Part shown: piece by piece, positions 21,513 through 35,824 of the stretch
Position numbering within the stretch: position 1 is the first letter of the stretch
Layout: every line of letters starts with the position of its first letter
From: Acidimicrobiia bacterium
Lineage (GTDB): Bacteria; Actinomycetota; Acidimicrobiia; Acidimicrobiales; Bin134
DNA: 64,000 nt
Assembly: GCA_022827405.1 (NCBI GenBank)
Contig: JAJDTA010000175.1
Coordinates: forward strand, 8,142-72,141
Direction: 5' to 3'
Position numbers and translations under genes: made by a program
The notes under the pieces: generated by a model
Databases searched by the model: none
The model's input: only the letters and a program-made list of their open reading frames with translations
What the model was told of the DNA's origin: nothing

Positions 21513-22169
21513 ATGCCCGATGCCGATATCGAGTTCTTCTGGGATCCGATCTGTCCGTTCGCGTGGCTCACTTCACGGTGGGTGGCCGACGTCGCCCGCC
21601 AGCGGGACTATGCCGTGGACTGGCGGCTGATCTGCCTGTCGATCCTCAACGAAGACAGCGACTACGAGAACTTTCCCGAGGGCTACCAAGACCTGCATCA
21701 CAAGGGCCGCCGGATGCTTCGGGTGGCCCAGGCGGTTCGCAACGAGCACGGTGCGAGCGCCGCGGGCGGGCTCTACACCGCCTACGGATCCACCATCTGG
21801 AATCCCGATGCGGATATTCGCTCGACGATGGGCGAGGTGGCCTCTGACGAGCACTTGAGGGCCGCCCTAGATCGCGCCGGCCTACCGGGTGAGCTAGCTG
21901 GCCGGGCCGAGGACGAGTCGCTGGATGATGCGCTGCGGAGCTCCACCGAGGAGGCGTTGAGCCGCACCGGACGGGACGTGGGCACTCCGATCATCTCCTT
22001 TCACCACAGTGGCGGCACCACGTCGTTCTTCGGGCCGGTGGTGAGCCAGATTCCGCCTCCGGAGGAGTCCGTGCGCCTGTGGGACGCGGTGGTGACCTTG
22101 GCCGAGTGGCCGTCGTTTGCCGAGCTCAAGCGCTCCAAGCGCGACGACCTGGTGTTCCCCAAGGTATAG
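21513..22169 (+). CDS. Rv2466c-like DsbA-fold (mycothiol-dependent reductase family) protein
   Basis: FWDPICPFAW, DVGTP, FFGPV and FAELKR motifs. Confidence 0.85.
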   Translation: MPDADIEFFWDPICPFAWLTSRWVADVARQRDYAVDWRLICLSILNEDSDYENFPEGYQDLHHKGRRMLRVAQAVRNEHGASAAGGLYTAYGSTIWNPDADIRSTMGEVASDEHLRAALDRAGLPGELAGRAEDESLDDALRSSTEEALSRTGRDVGTPIISFHHSGGTTSFFGPVVSQIPPPEESVRLWDAVVTLAEWPSFAELKRSKRDDLVFPKV

Positions 22170-22190
22170 AGGGAAGCAGGAGGATTGGGC

Positions 22191-23333
22191 ATGGCGTCGG
22201 ATTCGATTGCGTATCTGGACAATGCAGCTTCGACCCCGCTGTGCGTCGAGGCGGCCGAGGCCATGGCCCCGCTGCACCGGGAGTTGTATGCCAATCCGAC
22301 CGGCGCCCACCGAATGGCCCGGGACACCCGCCGCAAGATCGACGATGCCCGGGACGTGATGGCCGAGGCGTTGGGCTCGCAACCAGGAGAGATCGTGTTC
22401 ACCGGCGGGGGCACCGAGGGCGACAACATGGCGGTGGTCGGACGGCACATGCAAGCCGGCGGGGTGACCGTGTGCTCGGCCATCGAGCACCACGCCGTGC
22501 TGGAGCCGGTGGAGCACTTGGGGGGCCGGGTGGTATCGGTGGACGCCGCCGGGGTGATCGATCTGGATTCGCTGGCCGCGGCCCTCGACGATGACGTGAC
22601 CGTGGTGTCGGTGATGCTGGCCAACAACGAGACCGGCATGGTCCAGCCCTTGGCCCAAGTGGCCGAGGCCGTGCGCTCGGCTGCCCCCCGGGCTGTGCTC
22701 CACACCGACGCGGTGCAAGCCTTCCCTTGGCTCGACGTGGCTTCGCTGGCGGCTGATGCCGATCTGATCTCGGTGAGTGCCCACAAGTTCGGCGGACCCA
22801 AAGGGGTGGGCGCGCTGGTGGTACGCGACGGGGTGGAGTTGTCGCCGCTGATGTTGGGGGGTGGCCAGGAGCGAGGTTTGCGTTCAGGAACCCACAACGC
22901 GGCGGGTATCGCCGGTATGGCCGCGGCGGCCGACGTGGTGCTCAAGAGCCGGTCTGAGCAGGTAGTCCGGCTGGCCGGGCTGCGGGACCGGCTGGTGGAC
23001 GGCATTTTGGCTGCGGTGCCCAACACGATTGAGACCGGAGAGCGATCGGGCAAGGTGGCCGGGTCGGCCCACCTGTGTTTTGAGGGAATCGAGTCGGAGG
23101 CGCTGCTGTTCCTGCTGGAAGACGCCGGGGTGTACGCGTCGGCCGCGTCGTCGTGCTCTAGCGGCGCGCAGGATCCGTCCCATGTGCTGGCCGCTATGGG
23201 CTACGACCGGATGCTGGCCGGGGGCTCGCTGCGGCTTTCCCTGGGCTATGAGACCAAGGACGTCGATATCGATCAGGCGTTGGCGGTGATCCCCGATGCG
23301 GTGGCCCGGCTCCGGAACTACGGGACGGGCTGA
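22191..23333 (+). CDS. iscS: Cysteine desulfurase
   Basis: YLDNAASTP, SAHKFGGPKG and SSCSSG motifs; adjacent to mnmA. Confidence 0.92.
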   Translation: MASDSIAYLDNAASTPLCVEAAEAMAPLHRELYANPTGAHRMARDTRRKIDDARDVMAEALGSQPGEIVFTGGGTEGDNMAVVGRHMQAGGVTVCSAIEHHAVLEPVEHLGGRVVSVDAAGVIDLDSLAAALDDDVTVVSVMLANNETGMVQPLAQVAEAVRSAAPRAVLHTDAVQAFPWLDVASLAADADLISVSAHKFGGPKGVGALVVRDGVELSPLMLGGGQERGLRSGTHNAAGIAGMAAAADVVLKSRSEQVVRLAGLRDRLVDGILAAVPNTIETGERSGKVAGSAHLCFEGIESEALLFLLEDAGVYASAASSCSSGAQDPSHVLAAMGYDRMLAGGSLRLSLGYETKDVDIDQALAVIPDAVARLRNYGTG

Positions 23334-23336
23334 GCA

Positions 23337-24365
23337 ATGAGGGTGTTGGCGGCCATGTCGGGAGGAGTGGATTCGTCGGTGGCCGCCGCCATGCTGGCCG
23401 AGCAGGGCCACGAGGTGGTGGGCGTCACCCTCAAGCTGTGGGGTGGCGAGTCGGATACCGGCTGCTGCTCGGTGTCGGATGTGGAGGACGCCCGCCGAGT
23501 AGCCGACCTCCTGGGGTTGCAGCACCACGTGTTCAACTTCGGCGACGCCTTTGACCAGAGGGTGGTGTCCCCGTATGTGGATCACCACGCGGTTGGGCTG
23601 ACGCCCAATCCGTGCATCGAATGCAACCGCCACATCAAATTCGACAAGCTCATGGTGCGGGCCGAGGCTCTGGGCTTCGACGCGGTGGCCACCGGCCATC
23701 ACGCTCGACTCGAGGCCGCAGAGGGCGGATACCGAGTGCGCCGGGGAGTGGACGAAGCCAAAGACCAGTCCTACGTGCTGTACATGCTGGGACAGGAGCA
23801 GATGGCCCGGTTGTTGTTGCCCATCGGCCACCTGACCAAGGCCGAGGTTCGCGAGCGGGCCGCCGATCTGGGTTTGCGGAACTCGGCCAAGCCCGACAGC
23901 CAAGATGTGTGCTTCATCGCCAATCGGGCCGGGGGACGGCAGGGCTTTCTGTCCCGTCGATTGGGGGAGTCGCCCGCCACCGTGGTGGACGTCGACGGCA
24001 CAGAGTTGAGCACAGTCGAAGCAGTGCAGGCGGTAACCATCGGCCAGCGCCGGGGCCTCAACCTGGGCGGCACCGACGAGCCTAGGTATGTGACCGACGT
24101 GGACATTGCCGCGGGCCGGGTCACCGTGGGGCGACGAGAGGATTTGTACACCCCGACCCAGGATGTGGTCGATATCGAGTGGGCCGATGAACCGGTCGAC
24201 GGTCCGGTGGACGTCCAAGTGAGCGCTCACGGCACCCCAGCGGTCGGGGTGGTGGACAGAGCGGGCAGGGTTGACTGGCAAGAGCCCCAGCGCCGAGTAG
24301 CCCCTGGCCAGGCGGTGGTGTTTTACCAGGACGAATTGGTAGCCGGCGGAGCGGTCGCGGCCTGA
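23337..24365 (+). CDS. mnmA: tRNA 2-thiouridylase
   Basis: AMSGGVDS, TPNPC, KDQSY and DSQDVCF motifs. Confidence 0.96.
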   Translation: MRVLAAMSGGVDSSVAAAMLAEQGHEVVGVTLKLWGGESDTGCCSVSDVEDARRVADLLGLQHHVFNFGDAFDQRVVSPYVDHHAVGLTPNPCIECNRHIKFDKLMVRAEALGFDAVATGHHARLEAAEGGYRVRRGVDEAKDQSYVLYMLGQEQMARLLLPIGHLTKAEVRERAADLGLRNSAKPDSQDVCFIANRAGGRQGFLSRRLGESPATVVDVDGTELSTVEAVQAVTIGQRRGLNLGGTDEPRYVTDVDIAAGRVTVGRREDLYTPTQDVVDIEWADEPVDGPVDVQVSAHGTPAVGVVDRAGRVDWQEPQRRVAPGQAVVFYQDELVAGGAVAA

Positions 24366-24406
24366 CTAGGGCAATTTGCGGCTTTGGCGTCAGATCTGGG
24401 CCAGTT

Positions 24407-25366
24407 CTAGGGATTGACTCGGCGATCAACCGAAGGATGGGCGGCCGCGGGATCAAGTAGGTGCTCGGGGTTCCCGCCTCTAAGCCAGATGAGAGCCTGT
24501 TCCAACGCCTGGCCTATCAGCCTTACGATCCCCACGGTGGTAGTTGAGGCCACATGGGGAGTGACAACCACATTGTCGCGGCATAAGAGTGGATGGTCCG
24601 GGGGCATAGGCTCTGGTTCGGTGACGTCGAGGCCCGCGCCGCCCACATGGCCGGAATCGAGTGCGGCTAGCAGTGCTTCCTGATCCATCAGAGCCCCTCG
24701 GGCGCAGTTGATGATGATCACTCCGGGGCGCATGGCCGCCAGCGAGTCGGTGTTGACGATGTGGCGGGTCTCCGGCGTGGCCGGGGCATGCAAGGAGACC
24801 ACATGAGCCTGTGCCCACAGCTGGTCGAGTCCTACCAACTCGCCGACGGGAGCCGCCTCGAGATAAGGGTCGTAGACCAGCACAGTCATCCCCAATGCCT
24901 CGGCGTAGCGCCCTAGGAGACTGCCGATCCGCCCGCAGCCCACTAGCCCCAGGATGCGTCCGTCCAACTCCAGCGCCCCGGGGCCGGTGAATCGGCCAGG
25001 GCCGCTGGCGGTCCCAGCGGTCAAGCGCTCTTCGGAGCTCTTGAGCCGCTTGGTTACCGCCAGCATCAGCGCCAAGGCATGTTCAGCAGTAGAAACCGTG
25101 GGGGCGTCGGGGGTGTTGCAGGCGGCTACCCCGTGGGCTGCGCAAGCGGCGACGTCCACGTTGTCGTAGCCGATGCCCGAGCGGGCTACCACCTTTAGGT
25201 TGGGCAGGCGACGGCAGACCTCGTCGTCCCACGGCCGGTCGGCGGCCACCACCACCCCGTCGGCGTGCTCAGGGCCGTCAACCAACTCCACATCAGGGGG
25301 GATCGCGACCTCAGACGGGGGAGTCCGGTCGATCCAGATGCGGATTCTCTTCTCAGGACCGCTCAT
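24407..25366 (-). CDS. D-isomer-specific 2-hydroxyacid dehydrogenase (SerA-like)
   Basis: GIGYDNVD, GCGRIG, INCARG and TPHVA motifs. Confidence 0.9.
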   Translation of the reverse strand: MSGPEKRIRIWIDRTPPSEVAIPPDVELVDGPEHADGVVVAADRPWDDEVCRRLPNLKVVARSGIGYDNVDVAACAAHGVAACNTPDAPTVSTAEHALALMLAVTKRLKSSEERLTAGTASGPGRFTGPGALELDGRILGLVGCGRIGSLLGRYAEALGMTVLVYDPYLEAAPVGELVGLDQLWAQAHVVSLHAPATPETRHIVNTDSLAAMRPGVIIINCARGALMDQEALLAALDSGHVGGAGLDVTEPEPMPPDHPLLCRDNVVVTPHVASTTTVGIVRLIGQALEQALIWLRGGNPEHLLDPAAAHPSVDRRVNP

Positions 25367-25376
25367 CCCGCGGGCG

Positions 25377-26021
25377 CTAGCCAGTTCCGAGAAGCCGATC
25401 GAGTTCAGCTAGGGCGGGAGCGATGTCATCTCCTACCAGCACACCGTGCATACCGAGGTCTCGGGCAGCCACCACATTGGGCTCGAAATCGTCCAGAAAG
25501 GCGCTCGTTTCTGGGCGAGAAACCTCCAATCTCTGGAGGGCGAGCTGGTAGATACTCGGATCGGGCTTTCGCATGCCCACTGCGCTGGAGTCGATCACTG
25601 CCTCGAACAGCTCATCGACCGGGATGAGCTGGCGCCACATGTCGCCGAATTCCTTCGCGTTGTTGGTGATGATGGCCTGTCGTATGCCCGAATCGTTGAG
25701 TGCTCTGACTTTGGAGACTGCTCGCTCTCGCCGCTCGTCGCTGCTAGTGCTGCTCATGGCCTTGAAGAAACCCTCGGATGTGAACCCCTCAATGCCATCG
25801 GCCCGGCACGACTCGTCTGCCGCCTCCAGCGCCTCGGCCAGCGTTCCCTCGCCTCGCTCCAGGCGGTGCCAGGGATGGTCGCCGTTGGCCTCGTACCTCC
25901 CGAACACGTGCTCCAAGAGTCGATCGTTGGTGGTGCCCAGCGACCGGGCGTAGTCGTCGAGATGATGAAACGGCGAACCAGTGAACACGCCACCGAAATC
26001 CCAAAACACTGCTTCAATCAA
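25377..26021 (-). CDS. HAD-family phosphatase
   Basis: DFGGV, KPDP and FLDD motifs. Confidence 0.88.
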   Translation of the reverse strand: MIEAVFWDFGGVFTGSPFHHLDDYARSLGTTNDRLLEHVFGRYEANGDHPWHRLERGEGTLAEALEAADESCRADGIEGFTSEGFFKAMSSTSSDERRERAVSKVRALNDSGIRQAIITNNAKEFGDMWRQLIPVDELFEAVIDSSAVGMRKPDPSIYQLALQRLEVSRPETSAFLDDFEPNVVAARDLGMHGVLVGDDIAPALAELDRLLGTG

Positions 26022-26038
26022 GTGGATCTCCCCTTATG

Positions 26039-30999
<4,961 letters not shown>

Positions 31000-31290
31000 T
31001 TAGTGGCCCGCTTCGGTTTGCTCGACCATCGCTCCATAGCGCTGCTGGGCAGCCTGTGGGGAGGTTCCCAAAATCTCTCCGATTTTGTTCCATGTGATGC
31101 CACTCGACCGGGCCGCAGCGACGGCTTCCACGATCTCTCCTTCGCAGCGGGCCCGGGCCATGACGGCCCGCTTCAGCAAGTACTCCTCCACAGGCACTTC
31201 ATCGCCTTCCGCTGGCACGTAGTCCTCGAACCGCTGGGCCAGTTCATCGGCGTGGTCAAGGATGTCTTGAATAGATCGGGGCATGGCCAT
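31000..31290 (-). CDS. Small HTH protein, probable orphan antitoxin
   Basis: ARSSGITWNKIGEILGTSPQAAQQRY HTH; 96 aa. Confidence 0.7.
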   Translation of the reverse strand: MAMPRSIQDILDHADELAQRFEDYVPAEGDEVPVEEYLLKRAVMARARCEGEIVEAVAAARSSGITWNKIGEILGTSPQAAQQRYGAMVEQTEAGH

Positions 31291-31321
31291 CACTCCAGGA
31301 ACTTGGGTATGCGCCCTCAAG

Positions 31322-32770
31322 TTATCTTGACACATAGCCGGCCTCCCTGTCACGCGAGAGGGCCATTGTTCGTGAGGGCTGGTGCCGGTTGAGGTTCGCT
31401 GAGAGACCGGATGCCTTGTCGACGCTGCGAGATCTTGTGCGAGACGGTGGGCGAAGTTGGCGCTGGCCATCCGAGGCGTGGGCCAAGATATAGCCCCGTT
31501 TATGGACCTTCTTATGGCACTTTGGACAAAGCAGCACGAGATTGGTGATGTCGGTAGGACCGTCGTCGTCCCACCAGATGATGTGGTGGGCGTCGCAGGC
31601 GCTGGCCCGGATACCGCAGCCAATGCATTGCTTGTCCCGGACGTACAGGGCCAGCTTCTGGGCCGCGGTGGCGGCTCGTTGTTTTCTCCCCATGTAGAGG
31701 GGTTGGCCGTCGGCAGCGAAGATGGCGGGAACGATTCCGGCGTCACAGGCGATGTGTCGGAGTTCGTCGATGTCGATGGGGGTGCCGTCAGTGAGCCCAG
31801 CGTTCTTGAGTTGGCCGGTCAGCGTGTCGTAGTCCACGGTGACGATCAGCGTGGTGGCTTGCGGGGTGAGTTCGCCGCTCCCCGGTAGGTCAAGACTGGA
31901 TTGGCCACTGTGGTCGCCGTGACTGTCGGAATCGCCGGTGTCGGTGTCGTCGTCGGCATCACAGCAATCAGCACATGCTTTGCCACGGGGTTCGTCAGCC
32001 CCCGCGGGCTTTTGGGTGATGAGGGCGACCAAGGCATCAGCAGTACGTTGTTCATGCGTGCGATCTGATCCGCTCTTGGCATCTTCTCTGAACATTCGGT
32101 CGGCTAGGGCAAACAGCGATGTCTTGACCCGCTCGCCGGCGACTCTGTCGAATTCGGCGTGCATGACGACCATGTCGTTGTCGCCGTCGAACACTTTGCC
32201 GCTGCGCCGCTGCTTCTGCTGTTCCATCCGAGACAGCCCACCGTCGGCCTGGCGCTGGCCTTCTAGGCGGGCAGCGGTCTTCTTGAACTGGTCGAGGTCC
32301 TCTTTGATGGCCAGGGTGATCAACTCGATTTCCTGCTCAGGCGCCATCGGGGCCCGTTGGTGCGACTCGCCCATGACGCGTGCGTGGTCGATGGAGATCC
32401 ACCCCTGCTTGGACGCCTCCAGCGTGTCGGGCAGCGCGTTGAGTGCGTTGGCGGTCTTGGCGTGCTGGCGAGCCCGATAGCGGCCCAGACCAAACTGCCG
32501 ACACAACTCCTCTACGGCTTCTTGGCCCTCCAAGTCAGCGAAGCGGCCCAGCAAGGCAGCAAGGTAGCCGTCAAGCTGGCGGCGGGCGGCGTCGGCTTGG
32601 AGTATTTGCTTGACCATCTCCCCCGAGTCCAGCCCCGCGAAGTCAACCGGCTTGACCCCCAACCAATCGGCATCGCAGCCGCCTGCATACGTGCGAACAC
32701 ATCCGCCGGCCGCCAGCGTGTCAGCCCCGGTCTGCTCTGTGTTCTCCCTGGTCAGAGTACCAATTGCCAT
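31322..32770 (-). CDS. DUF222 (13E12-repeat-like) HNH endonuclease
   Basis: RDKQCIGC, CDAHHIIWW and GPTDITNLVLLCPKCHKKVH; TAGACT -10 box 7 nt before ATG. Confidence 0.88.
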   Translation of the reverse strand: MAIGTLTRENTEQTGADTLAAGGCVRTYAGGCDADWLGVKPVDFAGLDSGEMVKQILQADAARRQLDGYLAALLGRFADLEGQEAVEELCRQFGLGRYRARQHAKTANALNALPDTLEASKQGWISIDHARVMGESHQRAPMAPEQEIELITLAIKEDLDQFKKTAARLEGQRQADGGLSRMEQQKQRRSGKVFDGDNDMVVMHAEFDRVAGERVKTSLFALADRMFREDAKSGSDRTHEQRTADALVALITQKPAGADEPRGKACADCCDADDDTDTGDSDSHGDHSGQSSLDLPGSGELTPQATTLIVTVDYDTLTGQLKNAGLTDGTPIDIDELRHIACDAGIVPAIFAADGQPLYMGRKQRAATAAQKLALYVRDKQCIGCGIRASACDAHHIIWWDDDGPTDITNLVLLCPKCHKKVHKRGYILAHASDGQRQLRPPSRTRSRSVDKASGLSANLNRHQPSRTMALSRDREAGYVSR

Positions 32771-32860
32771 GCCCACTAGTCTACCGACCCCAGTGACAGT
32801 TACTGCTCAACGGGCATTCTCTTCTGCTGGTGTATGACAGATGTTGTACGCTGCTATTTC

Positions 32861-33103
32861 ATGGCCACGAAATTGCTGACTGTGCGTGTCGACGCCGAGT
32901 TGTGGGACGCGGCTGTCCGCCGGGCTGGAGTATTGGGCACCTCGGTTTCACAAGTGGTGCGCGAGGCTTTGCGTGACGCAGTGGTAGCTCGTCCTCTTGG
33001 CGATCGTGTCGGCCTTCTCCGAGGCTCGATCCAAGCCGATACTGCCGACGCCCCCCAAGACGACTGGCAAACTGAGATACGCGCCCATAACTGGCGCTCG
33101 TGA
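32861..33103 (+). CDS. RHH/CopG antitoxin (VapB-like)
   Basis: LLTVRVD...TSVSQVVREAL; overlaps the PIN gene start. Confidence 0.8.
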   Translation: MATKLLTVRVDAELWDAAVRRAGVLGTSVSQVVREALRDAVVARPLGDRVGLLRGSIQADTADAPQDDWQTEIRAHNWRS

Positions 33104-33522
33104 ACACTTGGCTAGTCGATACTGGACCCTTGGTCGCCTATCTCGATTCCAGCGAGATCGAGCATGACCAAGTCGGTGAGATCATGGACGGGTTCACGGG
33201 CATGCTGGCTACCACGGCCGCAGTGGTCACCGAAGCCATGCATTTCGTCCGCCGTGCCCGCTACGGAGCCATGGCCGTCAGCGAGTTCATCTTTCAAAGC
33301 AGAATGCAGGTGCACGGGATGTGTGAATCTGCGGACATCCAAGCTGCCACCGAGTTGATGCAGCGCTACGCCGACACGCCCATGGACTTCGCCGATGCCA
33401 CCCTGGTGCTGCTGGCAAAGCGACTGGCTGTGCCAAGCATCCTCACATTGGACCGTAGGGGCTTCAACACGTACCGCTTGCCCGACGGCACTCCCTTCAA
33501 CCTAGTTCTTGACAGCATCTAG
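33100..33522 (+). CDS. vapC: PIN-domain toxin (VapC)
   Basis: LVDTG, TEA, MDFADA and LTLDRRGF acidic motifs. Confidence 0.9.
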   Translation: MNTWLVDTGPLVAYLDSSEIEHDQVGEIMDGFTGMLATTAAVVTEAMHFVRRARYGAMAVSEFIFQSRMQVHGMCESADIQAATELMQRYADTPMDFADATLVLLAKRLAVPSILTLDRRGFNTYRLPDGTPFNLVLDSI

Positions 33523-33541
33523 ACCCGGTGGTGGTCACTAG

Positions 33542-34477
33542 ATGCCCAAGAAAGAGGCTGGTTTTGGTTCCGAAAGAGGAGGTGCTGTAGTGGGGTGGGT
33601 GAGAGGTCTCGGTGGAGATCGGGTGTGGGTGTGGGCCGTGCGGGTGTGGTGGGCGGCGCTGCCGTTCACTGCCGGGCCGGTGTTGGCCGACGGGCTGCAC
33701 GATGCGTCGGCCGCGTGGCGGTCGACCGCCTCGGTGGGTCTGTGGGTCCTTTGGGGTGGGGTGTTGGTGGGCTCCCTGCTCGCCCACCCGGCGACCCTGG
33801 TGCTGGTTCGGCTGGCCGTGCCGTCGGCAGTGGCGGCTGTGGTGTGGGCGGGGTTGGGCGATGCCGATTGGGGCGAGGTCGCGCTGGTCGCCGCCATTAC
33901 CGGAGCGATGGCCGCAGTTTGTTTGAGCTCACCGGTCGGCCAAGTTTTCGTGAACGCCATCTCCTATGGCGACGAGGTCCGGTTGTTGCTTCGACCACCG
34001 ACGGTGCTGCTAGCTGGTCCGCTGCCCGCGGCAGCAGCGATCACGGTCGGTGGTCTGGTCAGTGGGCCGCTTGTGTTGGCGGCCGAGCGATGGGTCTTGG
34101 GCGCGCTCATCACCGTGGTAGGCGGAGCAGTAACCGTGCTCGGTGGCCGATCGCTCTATGCGCTCACTCGTCGGTGGTTGGTCTTCGTTCCCGCTGGGGT
34201 GGTGCTCCATGACCATCTGGCAGTGCAAGACCCTGTATTGCTGCGCCGCCGAGTTGTATCCGCCTTTGGCCCGGCTGAGCAGGGATCGGGCGCGTTCGAC
34301 TTGAGCCAAGGCGCGACCGGGTTGATCTTGGAACTGGCCGCGAACCAGCCGATCACCTTGACCCCCCCAACCCGGAGAAGGAACCAAGCCGACGAAGTCC
34401 AAACCAGCGCCGTTCTGATCGCGCCCTCGCGGCCCGGACAAGCCGTCGCTCTCGCCCTACAGCGGCAACTCATTTAG
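33542..34477 (+). CDS. Hypothetical membrane protein (true start probably near 33590)
   Basis: Multiple TM segments and a soluble C-terminal part. Confidence 0.7.
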   Translation: MPKKEAGFGSERGGAVVGWVRGLGGDRVWVWAVRVWWAALPFTAGPVLADGLHDASAAWRSTASVGLWVLWGGVLVGSLLAHPATLVLVRLAVPSAVAAVVWAGLGDADWGEVALVAAITGAMAAVCLSSPVGQVFVNAISYGDEVRLLLRPPTVLLAGPLPAAAAITVGGLVSGPLVLAAERWVLGALITVVGGAVTVLGGRSLYALTRRWLVFVPAGVVLHDHLAVQDPVLLRRRVVSAFGPAEQGSGAFDLSQGATGLILELAANQPITLTPPTRRRNQADEVQTSAVLIAPSRPGQAVALALQRQLI

Positions 34478-34501
34478 CGGCCAGCGTCCCCGAAAGGGAG
34501 G

Positions 34502-34551
34502 CCCCTGAGCGCCGAGGAAACTTTGGCCCTAAGATACCGAGCACTGAAATA
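34502..34551 (+). promoter_or_regulatory. Putative promoter and degenerate MarR (UrtR-type) operators of the catabolic operon
   Basis: TAAGAT -10-like box at 34530; AACTTT-N6-AAGATA and two weaker neighbouring 18-mers. Confidence 0.35.
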
Positions 34552-34569
34552 CCTAGGGGGAGGGACCAG

Positions 34570-35049
34570 ATGGCGAGTCAGTTCACTGAAGCTGAGTTCA
34601 ACGAGCACATCCAGCGGTACGAGAGCAAGGAGCTGGACTGGGACCCATTTGCCGCTCAGGGAGACCTCAAGGAGAAATACCGGCGAGCCCATGTGCGGAT
34701 GGTGGGGGCGAGCATCACCGGCAAGCACTACGAACCCGGAACCGTCACCGCCGACAACTTCACCCTGTCGGTGATGATGATGCCCCCGGGAGCCGAGGCA
34801 CCATCGCACGCCCATGAGGTGGAAGAGGTCTTCTTTGTGGTCAAGGGGGAGTTGACCGCATGGTGGGAAGACGACAACGGCCGGATTCTCGACACCGTTC
34901 TGAAAGAGCGAGAGATGATCTACAGCCCTGCCGGGATCATGCATGGCTTGCGAAACCACACTGATGAAGAGGCCTTGGTGCAGGTTGTGATAGGCGTGGG
35001 CCGCCCGCAAAAGCCCACCTACCTCGACGCCGCTCTTACTGATCTCTGA
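34570..35049 (+). CDS. Cupin-domain protein
   Basis: PSHAHEVEEVF and PAGIMHG motifs. Confidence 0.88.
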   Translation: MASQFTEAEFNEHIQRYESKELDWDPFAAQGDLKEKYRRAHVRMVGASITGKHYEPGTVTADNFTLSVMMMPPGAEAPSHAHEVEEVFFVVKGELTAWWEDDNGRILDTVLKEREMIYSPAGIMHGLRNHTDEEALVQVVIGVGRPQKPTYLDAALTDL

Positions 35050-35056
35050 GGGGACC

Positions 35057-35824
35057 GTGCGACTGGGAGAGATGAGCTGGACGGCTCTGAGCGAGCGGCT
35101 CGACCAGGGCCCATTGGATGTGATGATCCCCTTGGGCGCTCTCGAGCAGCACGGTCCCCATCTTCCCCTCGACACTGACGCCCTCATCGCCGAGGCAGTG
35201 GCCGATCGGGCGGCTCGAGCAGTAGGGGAGTGCGTGGTTTCGCCCTGCATTCCCGTTGGGTCCTCCAGCCATCACCTCACTTTCCCGGGCACGGCCAGCT
35301 TGAGCGACGAGACCCTCAGCGACGTCCTGGTTGAGGTGATCCAAACTCTGCTGAGCCACGGATTCCGCGGCGCCTATTTGGTAACCGGCCATGCCGGAAA
35401 CGTCGGGGCAATGGCCGGGGCCCTGTCTGAGCTCGACGCCGACGACCGTGCCCGAGTGGTGTCGTTTGACGATTGGCCCGCCCAGCGAGATGCGATTCAC
35501 CGAGCAGCCGAAACCCAGCTCAACATGGATCGAGAAGTAGTGGGTACCCATGGTGGGCACTTCGAAACCAGCATCATGCTGGTTGTCGCCCCCGACCGGG
35601 TGGATTTGGACTCAGCAGTCGCCGGCCACGTAGGACCAGCGGCCTCAGCCAGCGCCAAGCTGCGCTCCGAGGGCATGGCGGCAGTATCCCCGGTCGGCAT
35701 CATCGGTGATCCGCGAGGGGCCACGGAAGACGCCGGCGAGCTCTACCTCGACGCATTGGTAGGCCTGGTGGTCGAGGGCATCGAAGCCCATCGCACTCAG
35801 TCGAATGAGCGGGTGGCCCCATGA
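35057..35824 (+). CDS. Creatininase-family cyclic amidohydrolase (MftE-like fold)
   Basis: EQHGPHLPLDTD, GHAGN and HGGHFETS motifs. Confidence 0.88.
   Translation: MRLGEMSWTALSERLDQGPLDVMIPLGALEQHGPHLPLDTDALIAEAVADRAARAVGECVVSPCIPVGSSSHHLTFPGTASLSDETLSDVLVEVIQTLLSHGFRGAYLVTGHAGNVGAMAGALSELDADDRARVVSFDDWPAQRDAIHRAAETQLNMDREVVGTHGGHFETSIMLVVAPDRVDLDSAVAGHVGPAASASAKLRSEGMAAVSPVGIIGDPRGATEDAGELYLDALVGLVVEGIEAHRTQSNERVAP

Noticed and set aside
24366-24406. REP-like palindrome remnant (TTTGGCGTCAGATCTGGGCCAG)
   Set aside because: Too degenerate and no clear second copy in the window
35057-35824. Mycofactocin biosynthesis locus
   Set aside because: Only a creatininase-fold gene; no mftA, B, C, D or F in the window
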